This document shows, piece after piece, positions 23,068 through 33,060 of a stretch of DNA of 50,863 nucleotides. How positions within the stretch are numbered: the first letter of the stretch is position 1; each line of letters opens with the position of its first letter. The translations under genes and the position numbers were made by a program. This stretch comes from Thermodesulfovibrionales bacterium (GTDB lineage Bacteria; Nitrospirota; Thermodesulfovibrionia; Thermodesulfovibrionales; UBA6898): positions 1 through 50,863 of the forward strand of contig JBFGJU010000001.1 in the NCBI GenBank assembly GCA_041577035.1, written 5' to 3'. Under the pieces are notes generated by a model that saw only the letters and a program-made list of their open reading frames with translations, was not told the origin of the DNA and did no database searches.

Positions 23068-23258
23068 TTCTTATTTTAACAGAACCCTCTGGCATCAATC
23101 AGTACATTCGAGCACCTGGTTACTGCCAAGCCCATCAGGGGAAGTCGTCATTGGATTACGTCATTATTCCTGCTATCATGTAGGTGAGCGCACACGCATG
23201 CCCTTGAGAACAGGAGGAGAGTGTTGTTGAGAAAACAGAATACGGAAAGAGAAGATAG

Positions 23259-24221
23259 ATGAAGGCATTGGTCACGGGTGGAACCGGGTTTATCGGCAGA
23301 CATGTGGTTTTTGAATTATTAAAAGAGGCGCATTCAGTACGGATCCTTTCAAGACGTGATACCATTCCGGAGCAGTTGACACGCATGGATGTAGAGGTCG
23401 TGAAGGGAAATCTTGAGAATTTTACTACAGTTTCTGATGCCATGGAAAACACAGATGTTGTTTACCATATTGGAGAAATAAAGAACAGGACGAGAGGAGC
23501 AGCCGAGAAAAACGTAAAACTCATGGAACACATTCTGGAACATTTCAGTGTGAAAGGTTCTAAACGTTTAGTCTTTGTCAGTTCGATAACCGTTGCAGGG
23601 ATTCCGTCTGTACTGCCGGCCGATGAGGATACAAAACCCGCTGTTATATTGCAGGACCACTATACGTCATATAAGCGATCGTGCGAAGAGATGTTGAAGA
23701 GCGGGGCGTTTAAGAATGAATACGTGATAGTCAGGCCGGCTCCGGTCTTTGGCCCGGGCTCGCGATATCTCGGCAGGCTTGTGAATACGATTAAATATGT
23801 CGGCCCAGTCGGGCTCCCCTTTATCGGTAACGCCAGAAATGCCGCCCCTCTAATATATGTGAAAGATCTCGCACGGGCAATTTATCTTGCCGGAGTGATT
23901 CCGGAGGCCTCTGGACAAACATTTAATCTGACGGATGGTCAAAACCATAGCTGGTTTGATTTTTTCAATGAGATTGCAGGACTCCTGGGGAAAACACTGA
24001 AAGTTCTTCCTTTGCCTCCAGCGATACTGAAAATATCAGCACTTCCACTGGACCTGTTCACCGGTTTTTTGGGTCTTGAGCTTGATGCAACTCACTATGT
24101 GCAATATTTTTCACATGACCTTATTTTTTCTATTAAACAGGCGCGGGCAATCCTTGGCTGGGAGCCGCGGTATACGCTGCAGGATGCGGTTAAGGAGATG
24201 GTGGATTCCCATACTTCCTGA
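23259..24221 (+). CDS. NAD-dependent epimerase/dehydratase (extended SDR)
   Basis: VTGGTGFIGRHV Rossmann motif and YxxxK (YTSYK). 320 aa. Confidence 0.75.
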   Translation: MKALVTGGTGFIGRHVVFELLKEAHSVRILSRRDTIPEQLTRMDVEVVKGNLENFTTVSDAMENTDVVYHIGEIKNRTRGAAEKNVKLMEHILEHFSVKGSKRLVFVSSITVAGIPSVLPADEDTKPAVILQDHYTSYKRSCEEMLKSGAFKNEYVIVRPAPVFGPGSRYLGRLVNTIKYVGPVGLPFIGNARNAAPLIYVKDLARAIYLAGVIPEASGQTFNLTDGQNHSWFDFFNEIAGLLGKTLKVLPLPPAILKISALPLDLFTGFLGLELDATHYVQYFSHDLIFSIKQARAILGWEPRYTLQDAVKEMVDSHTS

Positions 24222-24284
24222 GGATTAACCAGTGCCCTAAAGCAGAGCTTTTACCATGTTTAAATGATCTTCTGATTTGCTATA

Positions 24285-25331
24285 ATGGAGAAACGATGCC
24301 GGCAGGCCTCCATATCAGATAAAGATATTTTTATGATTGAAAGAAGGTTCATATATGTTTTTGTAGTGTTTATTGTTCTGTGTTGCATACTGACTTTGAA
24401 CTCCTTTGCTGTTTCATCTGTGCAGTTCTATACCATTCAGGCGGGAACGTATTCCCTCAATACACTGAAGAATGCCAAAGAGCACTTCGCATTTTTATCA
24501 GAGCAATTAAAGGAACAGGAAAAAGAGTATCTCAGAATAGAAAAAGGAAGCAAATATTATATTATTCGGCTTGGACAATATCCGACCATTCATGACGCAA
24601 AAAAAATTATACAGGCTGTTACCTCTCTTGTGTCTGATGCATTCATTCTCAAAGAGACCGACTTTGAAAATTCAGAAATAGTCTTGATGTATTCCCACGA
24701 TGAAAAGCAGCCAGCGCTTTTGCCGGTGGAACCATCAGCGATCGAGAAAGAAAAGATACTATCTTCTGCAGGGCCGGTTCCTGCAATTCAGCCGGCAATC
24801 CCTGAGAATGCCCCGATCGCACAGGGTTCTCAGGAACGTCAAGAGCCCACGAAAGAGGAGATGGTGAATATGCTTATTGACCGCGTAGCAGCCCTTTACG
24901 ATAATGAAGAATATGAAAAAGCTGCAGAAATTGTCAGAATAGGCCTTAAGAAATGGCCTGATGAACCCGATCTGCTCGCGTGGTACGGTGCAACGCTGCT
25001 TGATTCGGGATTTCCTGATAAGGCTTATGAGCAGTACAGGAAGGCGACGGAACTGTTGCCTGAAGAGCCTGATTTGCACGCAGGGCTCGGGCATAGCCTT
25101 CTTGATATGCATGTTGATAAGGCCATGAAATCCATTACCTCTTTCAAGAGAGCACTCGAAATAGATCCAGACAACGTAAGTGCTCTTGAAGGACTCGGTA
25201 TTGTGTATGTCAGTATCGAAAAGAAAGAACTGGCAAAAAAAATCCATAATCGCCTTAAGCAGCTTGATCAGGATGCCGCAGCTCGGCTTCAGGAATTTAT
25301 TGCCTGGGGCATAGACTGGGGAAACGAGTAA
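24285..25331 (+). CDS. membrane-anchored SPOR domain / TPR repeat protein
   Basis: TM helix (FIYVFVVFIVLCCILTL). SPOR-like segment (YTIQAGTYSLNTLKNAKEHF...YIIRLGQYPTIHDAKK). C-terminal TPR-like repeats. The start is ambiguous (ATG 24285 or 24333) and neither has a good SD. Confidence 0.6.
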   Translation: MEKRCRQASISDKDIFMIERRFIYVFVVFIVLCCILTLNSFAVSSVQFYTIQAGTYSLNTLKNAKEHFAFLSEQLKEQEKEYLRIEKGSKYYIIRLGQYPTIHDAKKIIQAVTSLVSDAFILKETDFENSEIVLMYSHDEKQPALLPVEPSAIEKEKILSSAGPVPAIQPAIPENAPIAQGSQERQEPTKEEMVNMLIDRVAALYDNEEYEKAAEIVRIGLKKWPDEPDLLAWYGATLLDSGFPDKAYEQYRKATELLPEEPDLHAGLGHSLLDMHVDKAMKSITSFKRALEIDPDNVSALEGLGIVYVSIEKKELAKKIHNRLKQLDQDAAARLQEFIAWGIDWGNE

Positions 25332-25540
25332 TCACCTAAGCCCATTCAACCTGTTTTTCCTGATTATCCTCTCTTGAAGTATAACGCGATACGATACAGC
25401 CTGAAAGGGCGCGGCAGGGTTTTTCATGTATCCGCTATAAAAAATGATGCCGGTCCATGAAAATAATTCTTGAAATTGCCGGGGAAAGCGTGTAAGTTAG
25501 CAAAGGCAATATAATATTATAAGGAAGGGAATAAGGATAC

Positions 25541-26416
25541 GTGGAGCAGGAAAAAGATAAGAAAGAATCTGTCTTGATTATTGACGACGATACGAATTTG
25601 TTGAAGATGATTCAGACGGGCCTGGTATCAGAGGGATATCAGTGTGAGAGCGCACCTGATGCAGAGTCTGCCTTGAGACTGCTCCATCAAACCCCTTTTG
25701 ATCTCATGGTAACAGATATTGTCCTGCCTGGTATGGACGGATTTGAGATAACAGAAAAGGCAAAAAAAATAAGGCCTGATATTCTTGTCATAATCATGAC
25801 CGGCTTCACGGAAGACTTCTCCTATGACCGTGCTATAGAAGCAGGCGGATCTGATTTTATTAAAAAGCCATTCACTGTGCAGGAGCTGGTCGTGCGGTTT
25901 CAGTTCGTTACTCTTCAGGAAAAACTGCTGAAGATGTCAGTAACTGACGAACTAACCGGGCTCTACAACCGGAGAGGATTTTTTACTCTTGTTGACCAGC
26001 AGTTTAAACTGGCCCAACGGCAAAAGGATAAAGTATACCTGTTGTATGCTGATCTGGATAATCTGAAAGGTGTTAATGATACGTTCGGGCATCAGGAAGG
26101 GGATCGGGCATTAATCGATAGTGCTGATATCCTGCGGCAGACATTTCGGGAGTCTGATATCATTGCACGCATTGGCGGTGACGAGTTTGTTGTAGTCCCC
26201 ATCGGCAGTACAGGGGAAGGAGCTGAAATAGCCATCTCACGACTATACGAAAACGTTGAACGGGAAAACATGAATAAGCAGCGGAACTATACCCTGTCGT
26301 TCAGCATTGGCATGGCATACTATGATCCCGCAACTCCCTATTCTATTGATGACCTGCTTCGTAAGGCAGATGGATTGATGTACGAAGAGAAACAAAAGAA
26401 AAAAAATCTCAAATGA
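25541..26416 (+). CDS. response regulator receiver + GGDEF diguanylate cyclase
   Basis: GTG start. Receiver domain (LIIDDD, phospho-acceptor context DLMVTDIVLPGMDG, KKPF). GGDEF domain with an intact GGDEF motif (RIGGDEFVVV). Confidence 0.85.
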   Translation: MEQEKDKKESVLIIDDDTNLLKMIQTGLVSEGYQCESAPDAESALRLLHQTPFDLMVTDIVLPGMDGFEITEKAKKIRPDILVIIMTGFTEDFSYDRAIEAGGSDFIKKPFTVQELVVRFQFVTLQEKLLKMSVTDELTGLYNRRGFFTLVDQQFKLAQRQKDKVYLLYADLDNLKGVNDTFGHQEGDRALIDSADILRQTFRESDIIARIGGDEFVVVPIGSTGEGAEIAISRLYENVERENMNKQRNYTLSFSIGMAYYDPATPYSIDDLLRKADGLMYEEKQKKKNLK

Positions 26417-26489
26417 CAGGGAAGTATCTGGGTCTCATCCCGGGAAACACTCTTTGAGAAGCTCCTGCCGGTGTAACCGCTCCTAACCG

Positions 26490-27656
26490 CTATGAAGGAG
26501 AATTTTCATGCGCCATGATGCGTTTGCCGGCAAGCCTGAAGAAAAAAGGAAAGAGGACACTCGAGAAAAGCGCTGTTAATATAAGAGAATCCTTCATCTC
26601 TCCACTGATGAGCAGGGTTTTCTCGCCGATCGTACCGGCAACAACGAGCAGGGAAAGCGGAGCAGACAGAATAAAGCATATGGATAAGGCCTCAAGCCTT
26701 TTTATCTTCATGAAAAACGAGAATATAAGGGGGAATATATTACTGAGAAAGAGCATGAGGGTGAGAAAGAGTGACAGAGCAATACTCTGAAACGAGGAGA
26801 AAAGGCTAATATTCAAACTAGCACCGACGCCAATAAAGAAAAATGGCACAAAAAATCCAAAGCCGACAGCATTGATCTTGTCTTCAAACCGCCCTTTGCT
26901 TTTAAATACATGAGCGAAAATAACCCCTGCTATAAAGGAGCCGAGAAAAGGCTCAATGCCTGAGCTGTATGTCAGCACGGCACCGGCAAACAGAACCAGA
27001 ATGACTCCCCTCATACCTTCTTCAATCGGGTCTTCGCTCTCCATCACCATCGTGACTTTTTCAGGATTCCACCACGCAACTATATAGAGAAGCCTGATAA
27101 AGAACGCCGCAAGCAGCATAAGCACAAGCAACTTGACGCCTTGTAGCCCTGCCATGAGTGTTAGGCCGTATTTATGATAGATATCTATGGCCGTGAGAAA
27201 AAGGATCGAAATGAGTTCACCCGCCAGCGCTATGCCCATAATATCATTTCCAAGATCTGTCTTGATGAGCCCGGATTCCTTCAGTACCGGGATGACAATA
27301 CCGGCCGATATCATTGAGATCGCAATGCCAAGATAAAAGGGATACCCCATGAAGTGAAAGACCAGGGGCATTGAGAGCAGAGACAGAACAGGGATAAGGA
27401 TGTACCAGAATAACCGATACCGTTTCGTTATAGTGCTGAGATTCAGCTCCATGCCCGCAATGAACATCAGGTAAATTAAGCCCAGTTCTTTTAAGAGGAA
27501 AAACCATTCAGGCTGCTGAAAGATCAGAATATTGAAGATGAGTAACCCGTAGACGATTTCCAGGACAGCGGAAGGGATATGCATCATGCGCGCGACAATC
27601 GGCACCACTGCAGCTCCTGCAACGACCACAAACATGATCAGCAACTGTTCGCCCAA
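26490..27656 (-). CDS. cation:proton antiporter (CPA2/Kef-type Na_H exchanger family)
   Basis: 388 aa with about 11-12 hydrophobic helices and typical CPA family composition. It lies 39 nt downstream of the RCK-domain gene. Confidence 0.7.
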   Translation of the reverse strand: MGEQLLIMFVVVAGAAVVPIVARMMHIPSAVLEIVYGLLIFNILIFQQPEWFFLLKELGLIYLMFIAGMELNLSTITKRYRLFWYILIPVLSLLSMPLVFHFMGYPFYLGIAISMISAGIVIPVLKESGLIKTDLGNDIMGIALAGELISILFLTAIDIYHKYGLTLMAGLQGVKLLVLMLLAAFFIRLLYIVAWWNPEKVTMVMESEDPIEEGMRGVILVLFAGAVLTYSSGIEPFLGSFIAGVIFAHVFKSKGRFEDKINAVGFGFFVPFFFIGVGASLNISLFSSFQSIALSLFLTLMLFLSNIFPLIFSFFMKIKRLEALSICFILSAPLSLLVVAGTIGEKTLLISGEMKDSLILTALFSSVLFPFFFRLAGKRIMAHENSPS

Positions 27657-27695
27657 AAGGCACCTTCTTTCATTGCATACATGGACACGCGCCCA

Positions 27696-29171
27696 TTACA
27701 AGAGCTCGGCAAGAGGAGGTATCAGCAGTGTGGAAATTGAACTATTCTTGACCGTATGCCAGATAATGTCGGGACTGAGAAAAGATAAAAATCGCTTTGG
27801 CGACCAATCTTTTGTGTCGATTACCATCAGGTTGTAATCATTATAGACACCCTGCACAATCTTCACCGGATTTCCTTCTCTGGTTTCTGTTGTTATGCTC
27901 ATTTTATACATGAGCGAAATTTCGGATATTGTTTTTCTTCTTTCTTCGAATTGCTGCAGGTCTTCTTCCGAGGAGATGTATTTTAACGGCTTGATTGCCA
28001 GGGCGGTCACTTCATTATGCAGGGAAGCCGAGATTTCAAGAGATGTCTCGAGAGCATTCTGGAGTCTGAGGCCTGCGCCGCAGGGAACCAACATTTTTTC
28101 GTAAGGAAACGTACCCTGAGATATCAGCACGGGGCAGGAAGTATGTCTGGAGAGAGAATAAAGAAAGCGCTTTTTGCTGTAACTGGTCAAGAAAAAATAG
28201 GGAGAATCAATAACGGCATCTTTCGACACGACCACGAGGGCCTGATCATTATTGATCTCTGATGCCTTTTGTCGGATCGCTGCCAGCGGTTTCAGAGAGG
28301 ATTTTTCAATCGAACGGTCTTTCAGGTTATCTGTAGTTGTCAGATATTCGATATCATCGGCACGTTTTGCAGCCTTGGCCGAACAGAGAAAAACAGCTTT
28401 TTTAAGCGGAAATACGGAGAAAAGGTAATCGATCTCCTGAAAAAACTGTTCGTTCTCATTCCCGGTAAGGTAGGCGATCATTGTTGAGCCGTATTCGAGA
28501 GGAAACTGCTCAAAATTAAATGTCAATATGTCTGAGATTGTCCTGAGAACCGCAGGCTCACCCAGCACAACGACTCGGTCGTGAGGCTTGAGAACAGAAC
28601 TGCCAGAGGGTATGATGATGTTGTCTGCCCGGTAGATTATGCCTAATCTCCAGCGATGGGGAGCCAGAAGACTGACCGGCTTGTTGGCAAGCCTTGAATT
28701 AGGATGTACCTCGACCTCAAGTATTTCATTCTTTCCCAGACCGATAGCATGGGCTGCTCGTGACTTGTGCTCCAGTCTGTTACGGATGCCGATAGCCCCT
28801 GCCGTGAAAATATTTTCCACTTCTATGCCAAGATCCTCAAGAGTAGCTGTCGCACCGGATGAAATACCCACAGAAATAATTCTTTTCGCCTGAAAGTGCT
28901 CAGTCAAAATCCGTGCTGTTTCTATGTTTACTTCTTCATTGCTTGTGGTAAGAATCACTCCGTCTGCATCATTCACCTCAGCCTTTTCAAGAACGAGACG
29001 GCTCGTCGCGTCTCCGATGAGTACTGATACGTCGGCACGAATTTTCTTGATGAGCTCTTCAGCGTCAGGATTGATGTCTATGCAGAGCACTGCATATTCC
29101 TTTGAAACTTTCTTAAGCAGCTCCTGCCCGATTGCCCCGGCGCCGATGATCACAAATTTATTTCTTTTCAT
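27696..29171 (-). CDS. TrkA-N/TrkA-C (RCK) regulatory protein with C-terminal tandem USP-like region
   Basis: Rossmann motif FVIIGAGAIGQEL. RCK-C-like segment (LANKPVSLL...PSGSSVLKPHDRVVVLGEP). About 275 further residues have USP-like strand endings (CPVLISQG, STLLIP). Confidence 0.65.
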   Translation of the reverse strand: MKRNKFVIIGAGAIGQELLKKVSKEYAVLCIDINPDAEELIKKIRADVSVLIGDATSRLVLEKAEVNDADGVILTTSNEEVNIETARILTEHFQAKRIISVGISSGATATLEDLGIEVENIFTAGAIGIRNRLEHKSRAAHAIGLGKNEILEVEVHPNSRLANKPVSLLAPHRWRLGIIYRADNIIIPSGSSVLKPHDRVVVLGEPAVLRTISDILTFNFEQFPLEYGSTMIAYLTGNENEQFFQEIDYLFSVFPLKKAVFLCSAKAAKRADDIEYLTTTDNLKDRSIEKSSLKPLAAIRQKASEINNDQALVVVSKDAVIDSPYFFLTSYSKKRFLYSLSRHTSCPVLISQGTFPYEKMLVPCGAGLRLQNALETSLEISASLHNEVTALAIKPLKYISSEEDLQQFEERRKTISEISLMYKMSITTETREGNPVKIVQGVYNDYNLMVIDTKDWSPKRFLSFLSPDIIWHTVKNSSISTLLIPPLAELL

Positions 29172-29576
29172 AGCACTGAGTATATATAAATAATAATAAA
29201 AAGACTATTACAAAAACATTCCATGAGAAAATATTCTATTGAACATGATGATTTTGTTATCTTCAGAGCAATTCTGACGGGCAGAAGCGCTGATACCATG
29301 CAGGGAATAAATCAGATGCATCGTAAACGGCAATAGTATTATCACATTCTTTGCACTCAGAGAATTGACCTGCCATTGAACGTATGTTTTGACCCGTAAA
29401 AACCAGGACGGGACCGGAGCATTCAAAAAATATCTGAGAAGTAATGTTACAATTTTACCCATCGAGCTTTTAGTGATACCACAGCAATATACTTCACTAT
29501 TTTTTTCTGCCCGTAGTGTTTTCTCATAAAAATATTGTATAATGCTTTCTCTTCAATATTTTTAAAAGAGGTATCC

Positions 29577-30908
29577 ATGGAAAATTTGGTTGAAAAAATT
29601 GCGAGAATGGAACTTGAGCACGACAGGCTCGACCCTGAACTCGTATTGAAAAAACGGATTAAATTGGGCCTGAGAAATCCCGACGGGACAGGGGTTGTTG
29701 CAGGTATAACGACAAAAGGTCAGGTCAAGGCGTTTAAGAGAGACAGAAAGGGCCACAATGTACCCATTCCAGGAAAACTCATTTACTGTGGATATGATAT
29801 TGAAGATCTTGTTGCGAATCTTGAAGCAGAAAAGCGGTTTGGTTTTGAGGAAATAGCCTTTCTCCTGCTCACCGGGGAACTGCCGGTACGTGAAAATCTG
29901 GATAGCTTCTCCCGGGAGCTTGGCAAAAGAAGATTTTTGCCTGATATGGCTAAAGAGATCATCAAATGTACTTCTGAGAACGACGACCTTATGGGCGCAC
30001 TTCATGCTGCTGTTTCTGTTCTCCATAAATTTGACCCTCATCCCCGATCTACTTCAATAAAAGACGTAACACGGCAATGCATTGATCTCATAGCAAAGTT
30101 TCCGACAATCATTGCTTATAATTACCAGGTCCTTCTGGCCGGGTCGAAATTAAAGCCGCTTATGGTTGAGCCACGAAAGGATCTGAGTACTGCTCAAAAT
30201 TTCTTATACATGTTGCAGGGGAAAGTGCCGGATGACCTGGTTGCCCGTACATTTGATCTTGCATTAATTCTCCATGCTGAACATGGTGGCGGTAACAACT
30301 CAACCTTTACGGTAAGGACAGTATCATCCAGCCTTACTGATACCTATATGGCTATGTGCGCCGGGCTGGCATCACTCGCGGGTCATCTTCACGGCGGTGC
30401 GAATGAAGCTGTTATGAAGATGATGCAAGATATTAAAGAACATGTCCGTGACTGGCAGGATGATGAAGAAATTTATGCGTATCTTGAAGATATTCTTGAG
30501 AAAAAACAGGGTGACGGTTCGGGCAAAATATATGGTGTAGGGCACGCGGTCTATACCATATCCGACCCACGAACACATATACTGAAACAAAAGGCAGCCC
30601 TGTTTGCCGAGAAAACAGGACGTGCTGATGAGTTTGCATTATATAACAAGATAGCTGAGATAGCAGTACGGCTGGTAAAAGAAAAGAAGGGAAAAGATAC
30701 CTGCGTTAATGTTGATTTTTATTCCGGATTTCTCTATGACATGATAGGTATCCCGCAGGAATTATTTACCCCTGTATTTGCCATGGCACGAATTGCCGGA
30801 TGGTCTGCACACAGAATTGAAGAGATAATACAGGGCCGGCTGATTCGGCCCGCGTATGTGAACGCCATAAAAGATAAATTAAAGTACATCCCGATTGAGA
30901 AAAGATAG
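29577..30908 (+). CDS. citrate synthase
   Basis: SD AAAGAGG followed by ATG 29577; the ORF-track TTG at 29535 overlaps a TATAAT box. Motifs GVGHAVYTISDPR and NVDFYSG. Confidence 0.88.
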   Translation: MENLVEKIARMELEHDRLDPELVLKKRIKLGLRNPDGTGVVAGITTKGQVKAFKRDRKGHNVPIPGKLIYCGYDIEDLVANLEAEKRFGFEEIAFLLLTGELPVRENLDSFSRELGKRRFLPDMAKEIIKCTSENDDLMGALHAAVSVLHKFDPHPRSTSIKDVTRQCIDLIAKFPTIIAYNYQVLLAGSKLKPLMVEPRKDLSTAQNFLYMLQGKVPDDLVARTFDLALILHAEHGGGNNSTFTVRTVSSSLTDTYMAMCAGLASLAGHLHGGANEAVMKMMQDIKEHVRDWQDDEEIYAYLEDILEKKQGDGSGKIYGVGHAVYTISDPRTHILKQKAALFAEKTGRADEFALYNKIAEIAVRLVKEKKGKDTCVNVDFYSGFLYDMIGIPQELFTPVFAMARIAGWSAHRIEEIIQGRLIRPAYVNAIKDKLKYIPIEKR

Positions 30909-31138
30909 TTTCCGGCCAGTGGTGCGGTCGTAGATTCCTTTAAGCCTTTCAATTCTACTGTGCTCAATATTTGACACTAAAGGAAAATACACAATGTGTC
31001 TTTATTATGGATGGCTCTTTGTGTACGGGATGAGCGGTTTACGTGTCACATTTTCTATCGTGCAATAAACTTGTACCGAGCTTTTTTTTTCTTTAAAATA
31101 TATACACAGGACTTTTTTCTTCAGGGAGAGCGATCGTT

Positions 31139-31438
31139 TTGATTTCTAAAGGTCACAAGGACAAAAGAGATTATTTCCGAATGAAAATTGATGCTGATCT
31201 GACATTTAGTGTCCAGGGAACAGATGAAACATGCAAAGGATTTTGTAGAAATTTAAGCCATACCGGCATACAGTTTGAGACTGTTCATGCTTTGTCCGGA
31301 GGCCAGATGATTGAAGTGGTTCTTTCTTCGAAAGATATCAGAATAAAACCGTTGAGGGCACTGACCGAGGTTGTCCGTGTAGATGTAATTAACCGCACGA
31401 CCTATCAGATATCAGGAAAAATAGTGCAGTATACATAG
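31139..31438 (+). CDS. single-domain PilZ protein (putative c-di-GMP receptor)
   Basis: RxxxR motif (RDYFR) and (D/N)xSxxG motif (NLSHTG). TTG start at 31139 preceded by GGGAGAG. Confidence 0.7.
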   Translation: MISKGHKDKRDYFRMKIDADLTFSVQGTDETCKGFCRNLSHTGIQFETVHALSGGQMIEVVLSSKDIRIKPLRALTEVVRVDVINRTTYQISGKIVQYT

Positions 31439-31636
31439 TTGTCCGTGGATCGACACGTAAATCTTATCGCTTTACTTTCATTGCCAGCCTGAAACTTTTT
31501 GGAAAGCATTTTATCTCTCTTGCCCCGAACAAGCTGTGCTCTACGGGACAGGCAGTGACCACGGATAGAGAGTGGTAAAAGGTAAGGAGTGAGGAGTGAA
31601 CAAAATAAAACAGGAATAGTACTGAAAACTATTGAA

Positions 31637-31680
31637 CCCTTTCAGGGCGGGCTGTAGGCCTGCGTGCTATTTTCTGCTAA
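31637..31680. repeat. short motif block, copy a (CCCT..GGCGGGC..GCC..TTTTCTGCTAA)
   Basis: CCCTTTCAGGGCGGGCTGTAGGCCTGCGTGCTATTTTCTGCTAA. It shares colinear blocks with 33061-33096 and overlaps the stop codon of the 31677-32792 gene. Confidence 0.35.
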
Positions 31681-32792
31681 AACCATCCAAGCTTGTGTCT
31701 GTTGGCATAGTACATCAAACCGAGAATCCTCATTTCAACAACGAGAAGGTATATCATGATGAAATTATCGATAAAGGGACCAATGAATGGGATAACCAAT
31801 AAATAATTAAAAAAGGCCTTCAGTATGAATATCAGGAACAACATACCACAGGCAATTGCATAATCAAGGGGCATTTTAAGGATGGCAGGAATCAGTATCG
31901 CAGGATTAAGCGATGCGAAACTGTGATGAAGAGACATGGATAAGATGCCCATGGGCTGAAATAGGGTTCCGAAAATAAGCAGCGGGATAACAATGAAGAG
32001 CGAAGGGCCGCCAGTAAAGATAGAAATAACCAGATAGATAAACAATGGGGCATAGGCAACAAGTGTAACAAGGATGAGCTGAAATATCGGGCATGCAATA
32101 TCATCCCACCAATCTTCTACATCCCAGCCGGGAAGGTCGATCTCTCCTTCAGCAGAATGAAACACTATCTTCATCATATAATATGAAAGAAGTCCGCCAA
32201 CAAACACATAACCAATGATGCCGAACAGGAATGCAAATGCCGCAAAAAAGAGTGTAATAGTAATAAAAATTGAACCTGCAACAAGGGTTATAATTCCCCA
32301 GCTTTTAAACGGATAAGCAAACACATCAGGCAGATATTCCAGAAAAGGCCGTTCCTCGATAGTTTCTTTCTCAGGAATCATATAACCATATCTTTTTTGA
32401 TATTCTTCTGCTTTTGCTCTGTCCTCAGGCGAGGGGCCTTCCGTGGTTGGCGGCGGAGGGTCACCGGACGGTTGTTCCTGAGGCGGTCCGTCTGGCCTTT
32501 TTCCTCCGGGAAGGGGATGTCCAACACTGTCTTTCCGGATGTGAGATGCTTTTCCCTGCTGGAGCGTGGTGTGCGACTCAGATTTCGGTGAATGGGACTT
32601 CGAAGATATGGGCTGCGAAGCCCTGATACCTGGCTCTGCAGGTGGTTTTTCATCTGGCAGTCTTCCGCTGCCTTTTCCTTTATACAGGAGAATACCGCCG
32701 CACTTAAAACATTTAATCTTTGTCCCTCCGGGTTTTAAACGGTTGTCAGGAAGGGACAGCCTCGTTTTGCATTTCGGGCACGTAATAATCAT
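31677..32792 (-). CDS. MJ0042-type zinc-ribbon protein with Pro-rich linker and polytopic membrane domain
   Basis: MIITCPKCKTRLSLPDNRLKPGGTKIKCFKCGG (CxxC...CxxC). A Pro/Ser/Gly-rich linker of about 100 aa. Then about six hydrophobic helices (possibly DUF4013-like; that name is tentative). Confidence 0.65.
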   Translation of the reverse strand: MIITCPKCKTRLSLPDNRLKPGGTKIKCFKCGGILLYKGKGSGRLPDEKPPAEPGIRASQPISSKSHSPKSESHTTLQQGKASHIRKDSVGHPLPGGKRPDGPPQEQPSGDPPPPTTEGPSPEDRAKAEEYQKRYGYMIPEKETIEERPFLEYLPDVFAYPFKSWGIITLVAGSIFITITLFFAAFAFLFGIIGYVFVGGLLSYYMMKIVFHSAEGEIDLPGWDVEDWWDDIACPIFQLILVTLVAYAPLFIYLVISIFTGGPSLFIVIPLLIFGTLFQPMGILSMSLHHSFASLNPAILIPAILKMPLDYAIACGMLFLIFILKAFFNYLLVIPFIGPFIDNFIMIYLLVVEMRILGLMYYANRHKLGWF

Positions 32793-32999
32793 TATTGTTC
32801 AACAATAAGAAAGCATTATTTGGACTCATTGTCAAATAGTAATGTTTATTTTCAGCGGCTTATGACAGCGATGCCGATGCCTCTACTGAGATCCGGAGCC
32901 TATGCGGCTCAATTTCGGAGTGAAGAACGCAAACGAATGAGAATTTTTGCGGTATTCTGCTTTTGTCTTTTGCTTACTTGTTTCTTCTTAATCTCAATC

Positions 33000-33019
33000 C
33001 CCTAAGGCGGGCAAGCCTT
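33000..33019. repeat. short motif block, copy b (partial)
   Basis: CCCTAAGGCGGGCAAGCCTT. The 14-mer GGCGGGCAAGCCTT recurs exactly at 33070-33083. AAGGC/GCCTT can form a small hairpin. Confidence 0.4.
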
Positions 33020-33060
33020 CCCGAGGCAGGTAAACCACGCCAAACTATACGGCGGATAAA

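Noticed and set aside
29172-29576. 405-bp non-coding gap between the RCK gene and citrate synthase, containing an 84-aa minus ORF (29208-29462) and a 37-codon plus ORF (ATG at 29222).
   Set aside because: Neither ORF has an SD, and the 84-aa product is low-complexity and hydrophobic with no motif. The region is AT-rich and contains a perfect TATAAT (29538-29543) 34 nt before the citrate synthase ATG. It is best explained as two divergent promoter/leader regions. The unusual length is noted but there is no specific signal.
30994-31068. 24-codon ORF (MCLYYGWLFVYGMSGLRVTFSIVQ) with AAGGAAAA 5 nt upstream, followed by a nine-T run, ahead of the PilZ gene.
   Set aside because: There is no convincing hairpin before the T-run, so it is not a clear attenuator. 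No conservation evidence is available, and short hydrophobic ORFs arise easily by chance.
32820-33005. 61-aa TTG-initiated plus-strand ORF filling most of the gap upstream of the zinc-ribbon gene.
   Set aside because: No SD, and it runs opposite to both flanking genes. Its hydrophobic tail comes from the pyrimidine-rich tract. It is more likely non-coding repeat or promoter DNA.
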